Source: Enterobacter phage EC-F2. Taken from it: a DNA stretch of 64,000 bases. The notes below the pieces were generated by a model, which saw only the letters and a list, made by a program, of their open reading frames with translations, was not told the DNA's origin and searched no databases. The stretch lies in the sequence record MN508624.2; one strand, given 5' to 3'. How positions within the stretch are numbered: the stretch's first letter is position 1; every line of letters starts with the position of its first letter. Position numbers and translations under genes: made by a program. Positions 27,248 to 35,480 of this stretch are shown in pieces.

Positions 27248-27759
27248 CAGTGATGACTCTTTGATGTGTGTTCAAGGTTGCGGAAGATGTTTCCATGTTC
27301 CAGTTGAGTTCCGATCGGGCCGCATTCATCGGAGTACGTGAATTCATAGATAAACACGCCGTCCTGATTGCCGAACTTCGTGTTGTACTCTTCGTACAAC
27401 CACATTTTGATCAGAGCGTCTTTCTCTTCTGTTTCCAGATCGTACCAGTCTCGCCCGTCATACGCAAGCGCGATTTGAGGGTTTGAACGGTAGCGGGTTT
27501 CCGCGTTTTCTTCGGTTTCCCAGTCATAGCGCTTATCGTCGTAGAACGATTCAAAGCTATTACCCAGATGACCGCCTAAGTCACGATGAACGTGACTGAC
27601 CACTTCTTCCGCTGTCAACGGCGGATCGTAGTAACCACAATCAGGGACGCAATCGCCCATCATTTCGCGCAGGTTGTCGATATTAGTCGGATCTTTCGGG
27701 AACCGGACGATGAAACTACTTGATGAACTGTTGCTCACAAAACCAGAACGGATTTTCAT
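27247..27759 (-). CDS. hypothetical acidic protein, paralog B of the MKIRSGFVSNSSSSSF family
   Basis: Shares the N-terminus with the 23342-23809 product. Confidence 0.6.
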   Translation of the reverse strand: MKIRSGFVSNSSSSSFIVRFPKDPTNIDNLREMMGDCVPDCGYYDPPLTAEEVVSHVHRDLGGHLGNSFESFYDDKRYDWETEENAETRYRSNPQIALAYDGRDWYDLETEEKDALIKMWLYEEYNTKFGNQDGVFIYEFTYSDECGPIGTQLEHGNIFRNLEHTSKSHH

Positions 27760-27989
27760 TTTACATCCTCAAATTGTAAGTTTTCTTTGGTTGCGTTCGC
27801 AATGGCTTTTTCGTTGTTCAGTGTTACTATGCGCAGACGTTCGCCAGTAAAGCCGTCGCATTCAGTGATACTCACCCAGTCAAAAGGTTTAGCCATTTCA
27901 ATCGCACGTTCCAGCGATACGGTAGAACCGACTAAATCACTAAATGTATAGTAATCTTCGCTTAAACTTTCAACAGTATAAATTTTCAT
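27756..27989 (-). CDS. hypothetical protein (77 aa)
   Basis: Coupled ORF. Confidence 0.45.
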   Translation of the reverse strand: MKIYTVESLSEDYYTFSDLVGSTVSLERAIEMAKPFDWVSITECDGFTGERLRIVTLNNEKAIANATKENLQFEDVK

Positions 27990-28228
27990 GATACTTTACC
28001 CTTTGTTTCGGATTTCAGGACGATGTTACTGTAAGGATCTTTTGCTACCAGTTCCCACAGGTCGCCAGGATGTTCCCCGCTACGGTAGACGGATGAACGG
28101 ATGATTTCGTTAAACTTGCTCAGGGCTTCGTCGATGTCGTCATACCCGCGTTTGAGGGGCTTACGATTGCAACGAATGAAGAACATTTCGTTGGTATTCT
28201 CCCCGCGTTCGGCGTTTTTATTTTTCAT
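27986..28228 (-). CDS. hypothetical protein (80 aa)
   Basis: Coupled ORF. Confidence 0.45.
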   Translation of the reverse strand: MKNKNAERGENTNEMFFIRCNRKPLKRGYDDIDEALSKFNEIIRSSVYRSGEHPGDLWELVAKDPYSNIVLKSETKGKVS

Positions 28229-28497
28229 TCGAGCACCATTTTACCAATAACTTCTTCATAGGTCACAGGGTTCGGTTCATAACCGTTAGCGCCTATTGTA
28301 TCGCCTACTCTGTTCCCCACCAATACAGCAACCGCAACTTTCTTACCGTCTTTCCATGCGATGAATTCGAGATCATCGGCAACATACGGGAAGGTTTCGT
28401 GATTGTTCACTGCGTCGATACAGTCCAGAATGGTATCGGATGCGCAGATCAGATTACCAGGCTCACAATCAACAAGACATTCAACAGTATAGATCAT
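28225..28497 (-). CDS. hypothetical protein (90 aa)
   Basis: Coupled ORF. Confidence 0.45.
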   Translation of the reverse strand: MIYTVECLVDCEPGNLICASDTILDCIDAVNNHETFPYVADDLEFIAWKDGKKVAVAVLVGNRVGDTIGANGYEPNPVTYEEVIGKMVLE

Positions 28498-28518
28498 AAT
28501 AACTTCCTCACGAAAAAA

Positions 28519-28540
28519 GCCCCTTTCGGGGCTTGATTAA
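28519..28540 (-). terminator. hairpin agccccgaaaggggct + T6 (minus strand)
   Basis: Follows the stop of the 28541-28819 gene. Confidence 0.5.
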
Positions 28541-28819
28541 TCAGTGTCCGAACACACCACGGATAGACTCTGCGAAAGCGTACAGTTCAGGGTTTTTCGC
28601 TTTCACTGTTTCGATTTGTTCCAGGATGTAATCTGGTTTGTATTTCGCACCGAACCAGCAGTAAGAGAAAGAACGATCCCACATGAACACGTTGTAGTAT
28701 TCACCGTTACGCACTTCAACCATCACGTAACCTGGATTAGAACCCAGCGGGTAATCTTTCAGGAGATTGAATTTCGCACCAGCGCCAGTACATCCGTTAA
28801 ACAGGTCATTAAAAGTCAT
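28541..28819 (-). CDS. hypothetical protein (92 aa)
   Basis: ORF preceded by a leader variant GAAACGAAACTGAAAAGGAACA. Confidence 0.5.
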   Translation of the reverse strand: MTFNDLFNGCTGAGAKFNLLKDYPLGSNPGYVMVEVRNGEYYNVFMWDRSFSYCWFGAKYKPDYILEQIETVKAKNPELYAFAESIRGVFGH

Positions 28820-28860
28820 GGTATGTTCCTTTTCAGTTTCGTTTCAACAAGGCCAATATA

Positions 28861-29076
28861 TTACACTTCGTTAAACCATGCAAGATATTTCTTCTCTTGT
28901 CTGTTCAAAACGTCATAACAAGAGGCGACACAAACGGTTTCCCACACAACTTCATCGTAAGCATTCACGAAGCGAATGATCAGAGTTTTGCCATTAGTCA
29001 TCAAAGCCGGAGTGAACCCAAGTTCTTTAACCGCTTTTACTTTCTTCTGGAATAACGCTTTAGTCATGTTAGCCAT
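28861..29076 (-). CDS. hypothetical protein (about 71 aa, start MANMTK)
   Basis: Start chosen after SD aaaggagg. Confidence 0.45.
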   Translation of the reverse strand: MANMTKALFQKKVKAVKELGFTPALMTNGKTLIIRFVNAYDEVVWETVCVASCYDVLNRQEKKYLAWFNEV

Positions 29077-29116
29077 TTTGTGCCTCCTTTGTTTCGGTAA
29101 AGCTAAGGTATCACTA

Positions 29117-30037
29117 TCAATCAGACAGTGCAAGCACTTTTTTAATTTGTTTTGCAATTGCTTCGATCACCGGAACCGAAACAGAGTTCCCTGCCTGTTT
29201 ATATGCTTGCTTCTTGCTTGTCGGGATCTGGAATGAATCTGGGAAGCCCTGCAAGCGGAAACATTCACGCGGGGTTAATCGTCGTGGGTTCTTCCCGTCC
29301 TGTAACACCAGACATTGAACACCGTCCTTGAAGTATTGGGCTGTTATCGTCCCAGTACACACAGAATCGCTTGTGACGGCCTGATAACCGAAACCCTTAC
29401 CGTTTGCCTTATTTCGTTCCTTACGCTCTCTAAAGCCTTTCCATGCGTTATCTGAGAGGGTGAATGAATCATCAGCATCTTCGAGGATGTCGCCTACGCG
29501 TGTAGGTGTACGCGGGGGAACAGGAAATGAAAAGAATACATCATCCAGGAAGCAGACAATAAACACGCGTTCCCGTCTTTGGGGTAGTCCGAAATCCTTT
29601 GTGTTCAGGCGTTGATAGAATACGTTATATCCTTCGGCCTCCAGAAGCCCGTAAATCGTTTTAAACGTCTTCCCCTTGTCATGGGTTAGCAGTTCAGGCA
29701 CGTTCTCAAAGAACAACACACGGGGCTTTTTAGCGCGTATAATGCGGAGGATTTCGAAGAACACCGTACCGCGTACATCATCAAAGCCCAGTTTCAATCC
29801 GGCTTTACTGAACGCCTGACACGGGAACCCCGCGAGCAGGATATCATGATCAGGTACTTTGTTTTCATCAATGGCGAATAGATCACCCTGTAGGTTATCA
29901 TCGCCCCAGTTTTCGATATATGTTTGCTGTGCGAACTTGTCGATTTCAGACGTTAAAAGGCATTCGACACCGCCGAACGCCTTATCAAATCCTAATCGAA
30001 CCCCGCCCACACCAGCGCAGAGGTCAATTATTTTCAT
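29117..30037 (-). CDS. DNA (cytosine-5)-methyltransferase, Dcm-like orphan MTase (306 aa)
   Basis: Motif I IDLCAGVGG, motif IV GFPCQAFS, motif VI ENV, and a QRRERVFIV region. Confidence 0.85.
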   Translation of the reverse strand: MKIIDLCAGVGGVRLGFDKAFGGVECLLTSEIDKFAQQTYIENWGDDNLQGDLFAIDENKVPDHDILLAGFPCQAFSKAGLKLGFDDVRGTVFFEILRIIRAKKPRVLFFENVPELLTHDKGKTFKTIYGLLEAEGYNVFYQRLNTKDFGLPQRRERVFIVCFLDDVFFSFPVPPRTPTRVGDILEDADDSFTLSDNAWKGFRERKERNKANGKGFGYQAVTSDSVCTGTITAQYFKDGVQCLVLQDGKNPRRLTPRECFRLQGFPDSFQIPTSKKQAYKQAGNSVSVPVIEAIAKQIKKVLALSD

Positions 30038-30303
30038 ACGTCAAAATCAATCTCGTCGATTTTGTATGAGTTTTCGTCAATGTCCGCCCATAGGGTTACA
30101 TTAACGTGTTTGCTATCTTCGTACAACTGGCGACCATCAATCCCGCCCGTGTAATTACTTTCGGTACGTTCAGTAACTTCCAGTCGGAGGCTATCGCGCA
30201 TGATCTGAACAACAGCCTGTTCCAGTGTAACTGCGTCTGGGTTTTTGGTATCGCCCAGTACAACATCTTTAACGTTCAAAATAATATCAGTCATTAGTGC
30301 CAC
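30034..30303 (-). CDS. hypothetical protein (89 aa)
   Basis: Coupled ORF. Confidence 0.45.
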   Translation of the reverse strand: MALMTDIILNVKDVVLGDTKNPDAVTLEQAVVQIMRDSLRLEVTERTESNYTGGIDGRQLYEDSKHVNVTLWADIDENSYKIDEIDFDV

Positions 30304-30536
30304 TCCGTTTTAATACCATGTCGGTATGCGTCAATCCCCAGCGGGGTAATCAGCAACCATGCTTTCGAATTATCGTGATAGCCCGTTACCCTTCGAGCGT
30401 AACCTTTTTGAATCAGGGCATCACGCCCTGATTTGCTGGGTACGTCATCGAAATCTAAGTCTAGCACCTTAGTTGCATATCCGTAAAGTTTATACAGAAC
30501 ATCAATTTCAGCGCCGGACAATTTAGGATACATCAT
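30294..30536 (-). CDS. hypothetical protein (80 aa)
   Basis: Coupled ORF. Confidence 0.45.
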   Translation of the reverse strand: MMYPKLSGAEIDVLYKLYGYATKVLDLDFDDVPSKSGRDALIQKGYARRVTGYHDNSKAWLLITPLGIDAYRHGIKTEWH

Positions 30537-31534
30537 TTGTAATACCCCACAACATGATCGCGGTATACGCGTTCGATGAAATCGTTCCAGAATTCGCGGT
30601 CAACTTCTTTCGGATATGTTGAAATCGCTGCAAGCCGTTCGACTTCGCCCATGACTTCTTCCAGCTTTTCCTGTACGGTTGCGAACGGTACACCGCCAGC
30701 TTTAACCAGTTTCAGGAATGCGCTATCAGGCAGAGGATAAACGATATCACCATCTTTGTAAATCTGGATCAACTGCATACCACCGCGTAAAGCGTGACTT
30801 AAAGCCTTCCAGTCGATGCCGTTGTTGGCTTCTGCTTGTCGTGCGCGTTCTCCGTATTCATCCCAGAGTTTATACACAGACTTACGCATTTCATCGGCTT
30901 TGATCGTGAACTGGAATTTACGCCCCAGCACTTCATAGAAGTCCTGACAACCAGATTTCATTGTCGTGTCGGTAACGAATCGACAGAACTCGTTTGTAGG
31001 GAAACGATCCTTGATGTCAGACACTTTCACTTCACGCGTATAGCGTTTCATATCTGGTGTGAATTCCTGAATACCACCGATCGTTTCGGTTTCTTTCAGT
31101 ACATCGACAACTTCGCGCAGTGCAGCCAGTCGGGAACCCTTCACGCCATATTTCGCGGCTTGCTTACGAACATAACCGAACAAGCCAGTTAGTTCAGTGG
31201 TGTAAAAACGCCAGCGGTTAGCGCGGATATACTGCCAGATTTCAGAGTTAGCGATCAGCTTGTCATCCGAAGCGTGAAGCATATCGAGCGCTACGGTATC
31301 ACCATCACACGCAAGACTAATGAACTTAGTCAGACTATACAACTGACGGTCAACGTCGTCTACGGTGTTTTTAGAGCTTTTATCGCCTGTGCTGGTGTCA
31401 ATAGTCTTCGGGGCTTTCCCCAGGAGAATATCGCGCGGGTGCGGGAGAAAGATCCCTTTATAGTCTTTGTCGCTTGTCGGTGTGTTCAGTCCGTACAGGT
31501 GAGAACCGAACACGGTTTCCATTACAGTTTTCAA
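30533..31534 (-). CDS. polymerase-beta-superfamily nucleotidyltransferase-domain protein (333 aa)
   Basis: N-terminal GSHLYGLNTPTSDKDYKG fits the NTase GS-x9-13-[DE]h[DE] motif. Long helical C-terminal region. Confidence 0.55.
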   Translation of the reverse strand: MKTVMETVFGSHLYGLNTPTSDKDYKGIFLPHPRDILLGKAPKTIDTSTGDKSSKNTVDDVDRQLYSLTKFISLACDGDTVALDMLHASDDKLIANSEIWQYIRANRWRFYTTELTGLFGYVRKQAAKYGVKGSRLAALREVVDVLKETETIGGIQEFTPDMKRYTREVKVSDIKDRFPTNEFCRFVTDTTMKSGCQDFYEVLGRKFQFTIKADEMRKSVYKLWDEYGERARQAEANNGIDWKALSHALRGGMQLIQIYKDGDIVYPLPDSAFLKLVKAGGVPFATVQEKLEEVMGEVERLAAISTYPKEVDREFWNDFIERVYRDHVVGYYK

Positions 31535-31929
31535 AATTCAACCCCCAGGGTTTTTGCGATACCGCGCAGTTCAGCGGTAGTGATATTTGGTACACGCGTT
31601 ACATGTCCACGACCGAACGCGTCTTTGATTTTATCAGTAAGTTCGACACGGTACAAATGTTCTTTGTATTCGTCTTCGCTGTGATAACCCTGTGTATGGT
31701 TATTCCAGTCATTAGCGCTACCAGTTTTTCGATCAAGTCGCTCAACACGGAAATCTTTAATATCGGTGATATTTGGATCTTCCGACGCATACAGGTATTG
31801 ACGGGCAACCTTGATCACATACAGGGTGCGCGGTCGTGGGGTATTGTGATGACTGTATCGACGAATACCAGGATCAAACAGGGTATCACCCACTTTCACA
31901 TCAGTTAAATCTATCATTTCATTTTCCAA
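31531..31929 (-). CDS. hypothetical protein (132 aa)
   Basis: ORF. Confidence 0.5.
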   Translation of the reverse strand: MENEMIDLTDVKVGDTLFDPGIRRYSHHNTPRPRTLYVIKVARQYLYASEDPNITDIKDFRVERLDRKTGSANDWNNHTQGYHSEDEYKEHLYRVELTDKIKDAFGRGHVTRVPNITTAELRGIAKTLGVEF

Positions 31930-32165
31930 CGTTTTGACTTTTCACAGTAGAACACCGGAAGACGTGCCAGAACTGGCTTCACTACGTCTTCCCCTGTGTT
32001 CGTGTTATGAACCACTTCGATCGTAAGGGATTGCCCTTCGGACGGCCTTACAATGTCCAGTTCCAGGATCTCGCGATTACCCTTTGTATTGATTTCCGCT
32101 ACGTAGTAATCGTGCCCGTTGATGTTTACGACATCACCCATAATAACGCTAATTGTGTGAATCAT
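31914..32165 (-). CDS. hypothetical protein (83 aa)
   Basis: ORF. Confidence 0.45.
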   Translation of the reverse strand: MIHTISVIMGDVVNINGHDYYVAEINTKGNREILELDIVRPSEGQSLTIEVVHNTNTGEDVVKPVLARLPVFYCEKSKRWKMK

Positions 32166-32719
32166 GAGTATGCAAACTTAATTTTAACATTCAGGGAATC
32201 CAGCAGGATCGCGTCACGTCCATCAATGACGGTTAATCCCATGTATTTGTTATCGTCTGTGCTCTTACGGGAGTACATGCGACAAACCAGAGAACCATCT
32301 TGTGCGATGTATTCGACGTGGTATTCACGGCGTTCTGACGTGAAGATATCCCCAACAACAACCGGACGATCGACGGGTTGGCGTTTAGTCCCTTCGTAGG
32401 ACAGTTTGCCGTTGCCGTCTGGGGTACATTCCGCACCTTTCAGCAGGATTTGTGTCACTCGAACAGATTCTACGGTTCCCGCGATCAACATTGCTGGATC
32501 AGCGGTTCCCATTTTCAGGATCAGCGTTGAACTTGTTTTGTACCGTGATGGTTCAGTGACGAACACGTAAACCATATCGTTCTTATCACGGGCAACAGAT
32601 TGCAGCGTGAATTGCATTTGACCAGGCAGTCCAGACATCGCAATGTGAACACGATTACCAGGTTCCAGCGCCATACGAGATTTTACATCAGTGATACCGC
32701 TAACAGTTGCTACTTTCAT
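32162..32719 (-). CDS. hypothetical protein (185 aa)
   Basis: ORF. Confidence 0.5.
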   Translation of the reverse strand: MKVATVSGITDVKSRMALEPGNRVHIAMSGLPGQMQFTLQSVARDKNDMVYVFVTEPSRYKTSSTLILKMGTADPAMLIAGTVESVRVTQILLKGAECTPDGNGKLSYEGTKRQPVDRPVVVGDIFTSERREYHVEYIAQDGSLVCRMYSRKSTDDNKYMGLTVIDGRDAILLDSLNVKIKFAYS

Positions 32720-32988
32720 GATTTAATTCCTTCAAAGTCTTCATTATATTTCCAGTACACGTTAAAGTTACGACAATCGTGGTCAGAAGTCAACGTATAT
32801 TTTTCTTTTGTTTTCTCGTCGGTGATCACCATCGTTTCGTTTTCAATCGAGTCAACACCATAGACGAACACTTTATCACCGCGTTTATTCAGGAACGCTT
32901 CACCTGTTTCAATCAACTGCCAGCAGTTGACGGGTAAACCACCCGCGCAAATCGGACGGTTTACGAGGCAGTAAGGACGTTTAATCAT
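32716..32988 (-). CDS. hypothetical protein (90 aa)
   Basis: ORF. Confidence 0.45.
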   Translation of the reverse strand: MIKRPYCLVNRPICAGGLPVNCWQLIETGEAFLNKRGDKVFVYGVDSIENETMVITDEKTKEKYTLTSDHDCRNFNVYWKYNEDFEGIKS

Positions 32989-33179
32989 TTAAATTCTTCC
33001 ATTGCATAGGAAGTAAGATCTTTGAAATACCTTGCGGTGTTGCCTTCTGGGTTGTTTGTAATCTCCATCAGGATAACAGCACCATCAACTCCTGCTTTCT
33101 TAGCCATGAATGAAATGGCTTCGGTAGCAATAATCGTTGCTTTCATAACATCAGCTTTAGAAACGTTGATCGTATTCAT
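32985..33179 (-). CDS. hypothetical protein (64 aa)
   Basis: First ORF after the PeSL cassette. Confidence 0.45.
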   Translation of the reverse strand: MNTINVSKADVMKATIIATEAISFMAKKAGVDGAVILMEITNNPEGNTARYFKDLTSYAMEEFK

Positions 33180-33189
33180 TTTTCTTCCT

Positions 33190-33247
33190 TTTCATTATTC
33201 ATGCGGTATGTGTATATAATACAAAAGCCCTCACGCGAACGCAAGGG
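33190..33247 (-). repeat. PeSL-like cassette (same hairpin as 22209-22242; degenerate leader)
   Basis: aaagccctcacgcgaacgcaagggctttttt is duplicated exactly. Confidence 0.55.
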
Positions 33248-33263
33248 CTTTTTTAATCTTTTA

Positions 33264-34331
33264 TCAGAGTCCCGTGAAAGCCACAACGATTTGATAGTGG
33301 TCATCGAAGAATTCCCCTTGTCGTTGTACGACCTCATGTAAGGGCATCCAGAACGCCTCTAGCGCATCGTCAGAACCGCCCATAATGCGGGGCAGACTAC
33401 CATCATTGTTAGGCTCTAACTTGATGTACTGCGCCACAGTCGGTTTTGAGAAGTATACGGAACGCTTCGGATGATCGAACAGCATCGAATTACGGATTGA
33501 ACCACGAATAACCTTTTCAGGAACCTTGATCCGTACCTCTTCGAGCAGTTCACGGATCGCACAATCCAGGAACGTTTCATTTGCGTTTTTGTGTCCACCA
33601 GGAAGGGCTAACGCGTCTTTACCTGGGGCAAACTTACGGCGAATTACCAGCAGGTGATTGTTACACACAACCACACTATCACCCGTGCAGCAGTTTAGCG
33701 CTTCTGGGTATGGGTAGTTTTTGAATTTCTCCAATTCGCTTTCCCATTTCTCGTATTCGTAGTACAGTCGCCAAAATGTATCCGTCATCATCCATGAATT
33801 GATATAACTCACAGTAGACGAAGGAACATAACGAGATAGTTTCTTATCCCATCCATTCTTATGCAAAAAGATGGTTGGTCGCAAATCGGTCGCAGATAAA
33901 TCTTTCCCGTCAACCTTAACTGGATCTACCGGAACATGAGTCCATCCAAACGCTTTCAGCCAGTATGAATCAGCATCCTTTTCGTAACCATAGATCGCGA
34001 TGTTGTCGCCTTTGGTTTCGTCGATTGCTGTACGAACAGAGGTTTTCCATTTTTCTTCGTTGTAAAGATAATCAGGAATATGAGCAAATTTAACACGACA
34101 AACATCTTCGTATTTGTATTCAGTCATCAGCCACGAAAAGATCATTCTTTCGCGTTCGTTCGCTGTCAGCGGGTTTAAAACGTTAGGGTAAGCATATGCT
34201 GAACCCAGAAGGATGTAAACGGTTTTTGCTTCTTCGAGTGCTTTACGCACCATTGCTGCATGACCATTATGGAAGGGTTGGAATCTGCCAATTACGACAG
34301 CTTTATCAAATTGTTTCATAACGTGCTCCAC
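33264..34331 (-). CDS. natV: bifunctional nicotinamide-mononucleotide adenylyltransferase / Nudix ADP-ribose pyrophosphatase (NadM/NatV-like)
   Basis: N-terminal VIGRFQPFHNGH (HxGH nucleotidyltransferase motif). C-terminal Nudix box GGHKNANETFLDCAIRELLEEV. Confidence 0.75.
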   Translation of the reverse strand: MEHVMKQFDKAVVIGRFQPFHNGHAAMVRKALEEAKTVYILLGSAYAYPNVLNPLTANERERMIFSWLMTEYKYEDVCRVKFAHIPDYLYNEEKWKTSVRTAIDETKGDNIAIYGYEKDADSYWLKAFGWTHVPVDPVKVDGKDLSATDLRPTIFLHKNGWDKKLSRYVPSSTVSYINSWMMTDTFWRLYYEYEKWESELEKFKNYPYPEALNCCTGDSVVVCNNHLLVIRRKFAPGKDALALPGGHKNANETFLDCAIRELLEEVRIKVPEKVIRGSIRNSMLFDHPKRSVYFSKPTVAQYIKLEPNNDGSLPRIMGGSDDALEAFWMPLHEVVQRQGEFFDDHYQIVVAFTGL

Positions 34332-34343
34332 GTTTAAAGGTTA

Positions 34344-34442
34344 ATCATAAAACAGACGCAATCACCAATACACCAAGAAAACCGCCAATAAAGCCGAAGA
34401 ATAGCGAAATGAAGATAGTAAGGATGATCTGTTTTATGTTCA
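34344..34442 (-). CDS. 32-aa hydrophobic micro-protein (MNIKQIILTIFISLFFGFIGGFLGVLVIASVL)
   Basis: ATG with SD. A single TM helix. Lies between the SPFH gene and natV. Confidence 0.35.
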
Positions 34443-34454
34443 TTGTAGTATTCT

Positions 34455-34480
34455 CGTTCGGAGAAAGCCCCCGCTCTGGG
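34455..34480 (-). terminator. hairpin agcccccagagcgggggct
   Basis: After the SPFH gene stop. Confidence 0.45.
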
Positions 34481-34492
34481 GGCTTTAAACCC

Positions 34493-35419
34493 TTATTTAC
34501 GAGAATCGAAAATCACTTTACCAGCGTAATCAGAACCCATGACAGTTTGAGGTACACCGCCCTGATATTTTTCCGCGATGGTCTGCTGAACATCAAGTTC
34601 TTTCCAGCGGATCATTTCTGGGGTGATTGTGCGTTGCAGAATGGCGTTCGCTTCGGCTTCTTTCTTAGCCGCATACAGACGGGCATCAGCATCACGTTCG
34701 TTAGCTTGTGCAGCGTTGCTACGGGCTTCTTTGTCGGCTACTGCCTGAACAACCGCCTGTTGAGCGATTTGCTCTTTACGCGCAAGTTCTGCTTTTTCTG
34801 CATTCACCTGTTCTTCACGAATTTTCGTGTTTTCAACCTGTTTCTTGATCGCTTCCGGCAGGTCGATATCCTGCAAGAATACCTGTTTCACGGTGTAACC
34901 GTAAGGACGGGCATACTCTTCTACTTCCTGCTGAATCGCGATCTGTAGCTGGCTTTGAACTTCTGCATTATACAGATCCTGTGCTTTCGGTACAGATTTA
35001 CCGAACTCACGGACAGTTGACAGAAGTTTTTCAGTCACATATTTATCCAGCGCCTGATCCTGACTACCCGCATTGATACGGTTGATCGGGGCTTTGCTAC
35101 CATCGAACTGTAACATCACGGTCATATCCACAGTGGATTTGAATTTATCCTGGGACGGAACCTGCAATTTGTCAAACTTCATTGCGATGTCTTTGGTGTT
35201 GAACACCTCGAAATCAGCCAGTGGGTTTACCAGGTGGAAGCCAGGCAGAACAGGCTTCGGTGAAACTTTACCCATGAAGGTTTGAGTTTTTACCGTACCA
35301 TCCTGAACGATAGTGTACGAGTTCGGAACCAGCCACAGTGCGGCGATTACGCCCAGAGCGATCAGAGTGGTTTTCTTTGGGTTGTTTACGATAGTGTTTA
35401 AGTTCATCATTATTTCCAT
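34493..35419 (-). CDS. SPFH/band-7 (prohibitin/HflK-like) membrane protein
   Basis: N-terminal TM segment, band-7 core, and a C-terminal AQ/E-rich coiled coil. Confidence 0.65.
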   Translation of the reverse strand: MEIMMNLNTIVNNPKKTTLIALGVIAALWLVPNSYTIVQDGTVKTQTFMGKVSPKPVLPGFHLVNPLADFEVFNTKDIAMKFDKLQVPSQDKFKSTVDMTVMLQFDGSKAPINRINAGSQDQALDKYVTEKLLSTVREFGKSVPKAQDLYNAEVQSQLQIAIQQEVEEYARPYGYTVKQVFLQDIDLPEAIKKQVENTKIREEQVNAEKAELARKEQIAQQAVVQAVADKEARSNAAQANERDADARLYAAKKEAEANAILQRTITPEMIRWKELDVQQTIAEKYQGGVPQTVMGSDYAGKVIFDSRK

Positions 35420-35480
35420 TGGGTTTATGTTTCAATTCGATAGTTATTCTATCATCACTTTTTCGCTTGTCAAACTCTTT

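Noticed and set aside
30294-30536. HEPN-like partner (Rx4-6H) for the NTase, i.e. an MNT-HEPN toxin-antitoxin pair
   Set aside because: Only a single weak RRVTGYH match lies in an 80-aa ORF. The NTase is 333 aa, far larger than MNT antitoxins, so there is no support for a TA pair.
34409-34948. 179-aa plus-strand ORF overlapping the SPFH gene
   Set aside because: Antisense shadow of the SPFH coding region.
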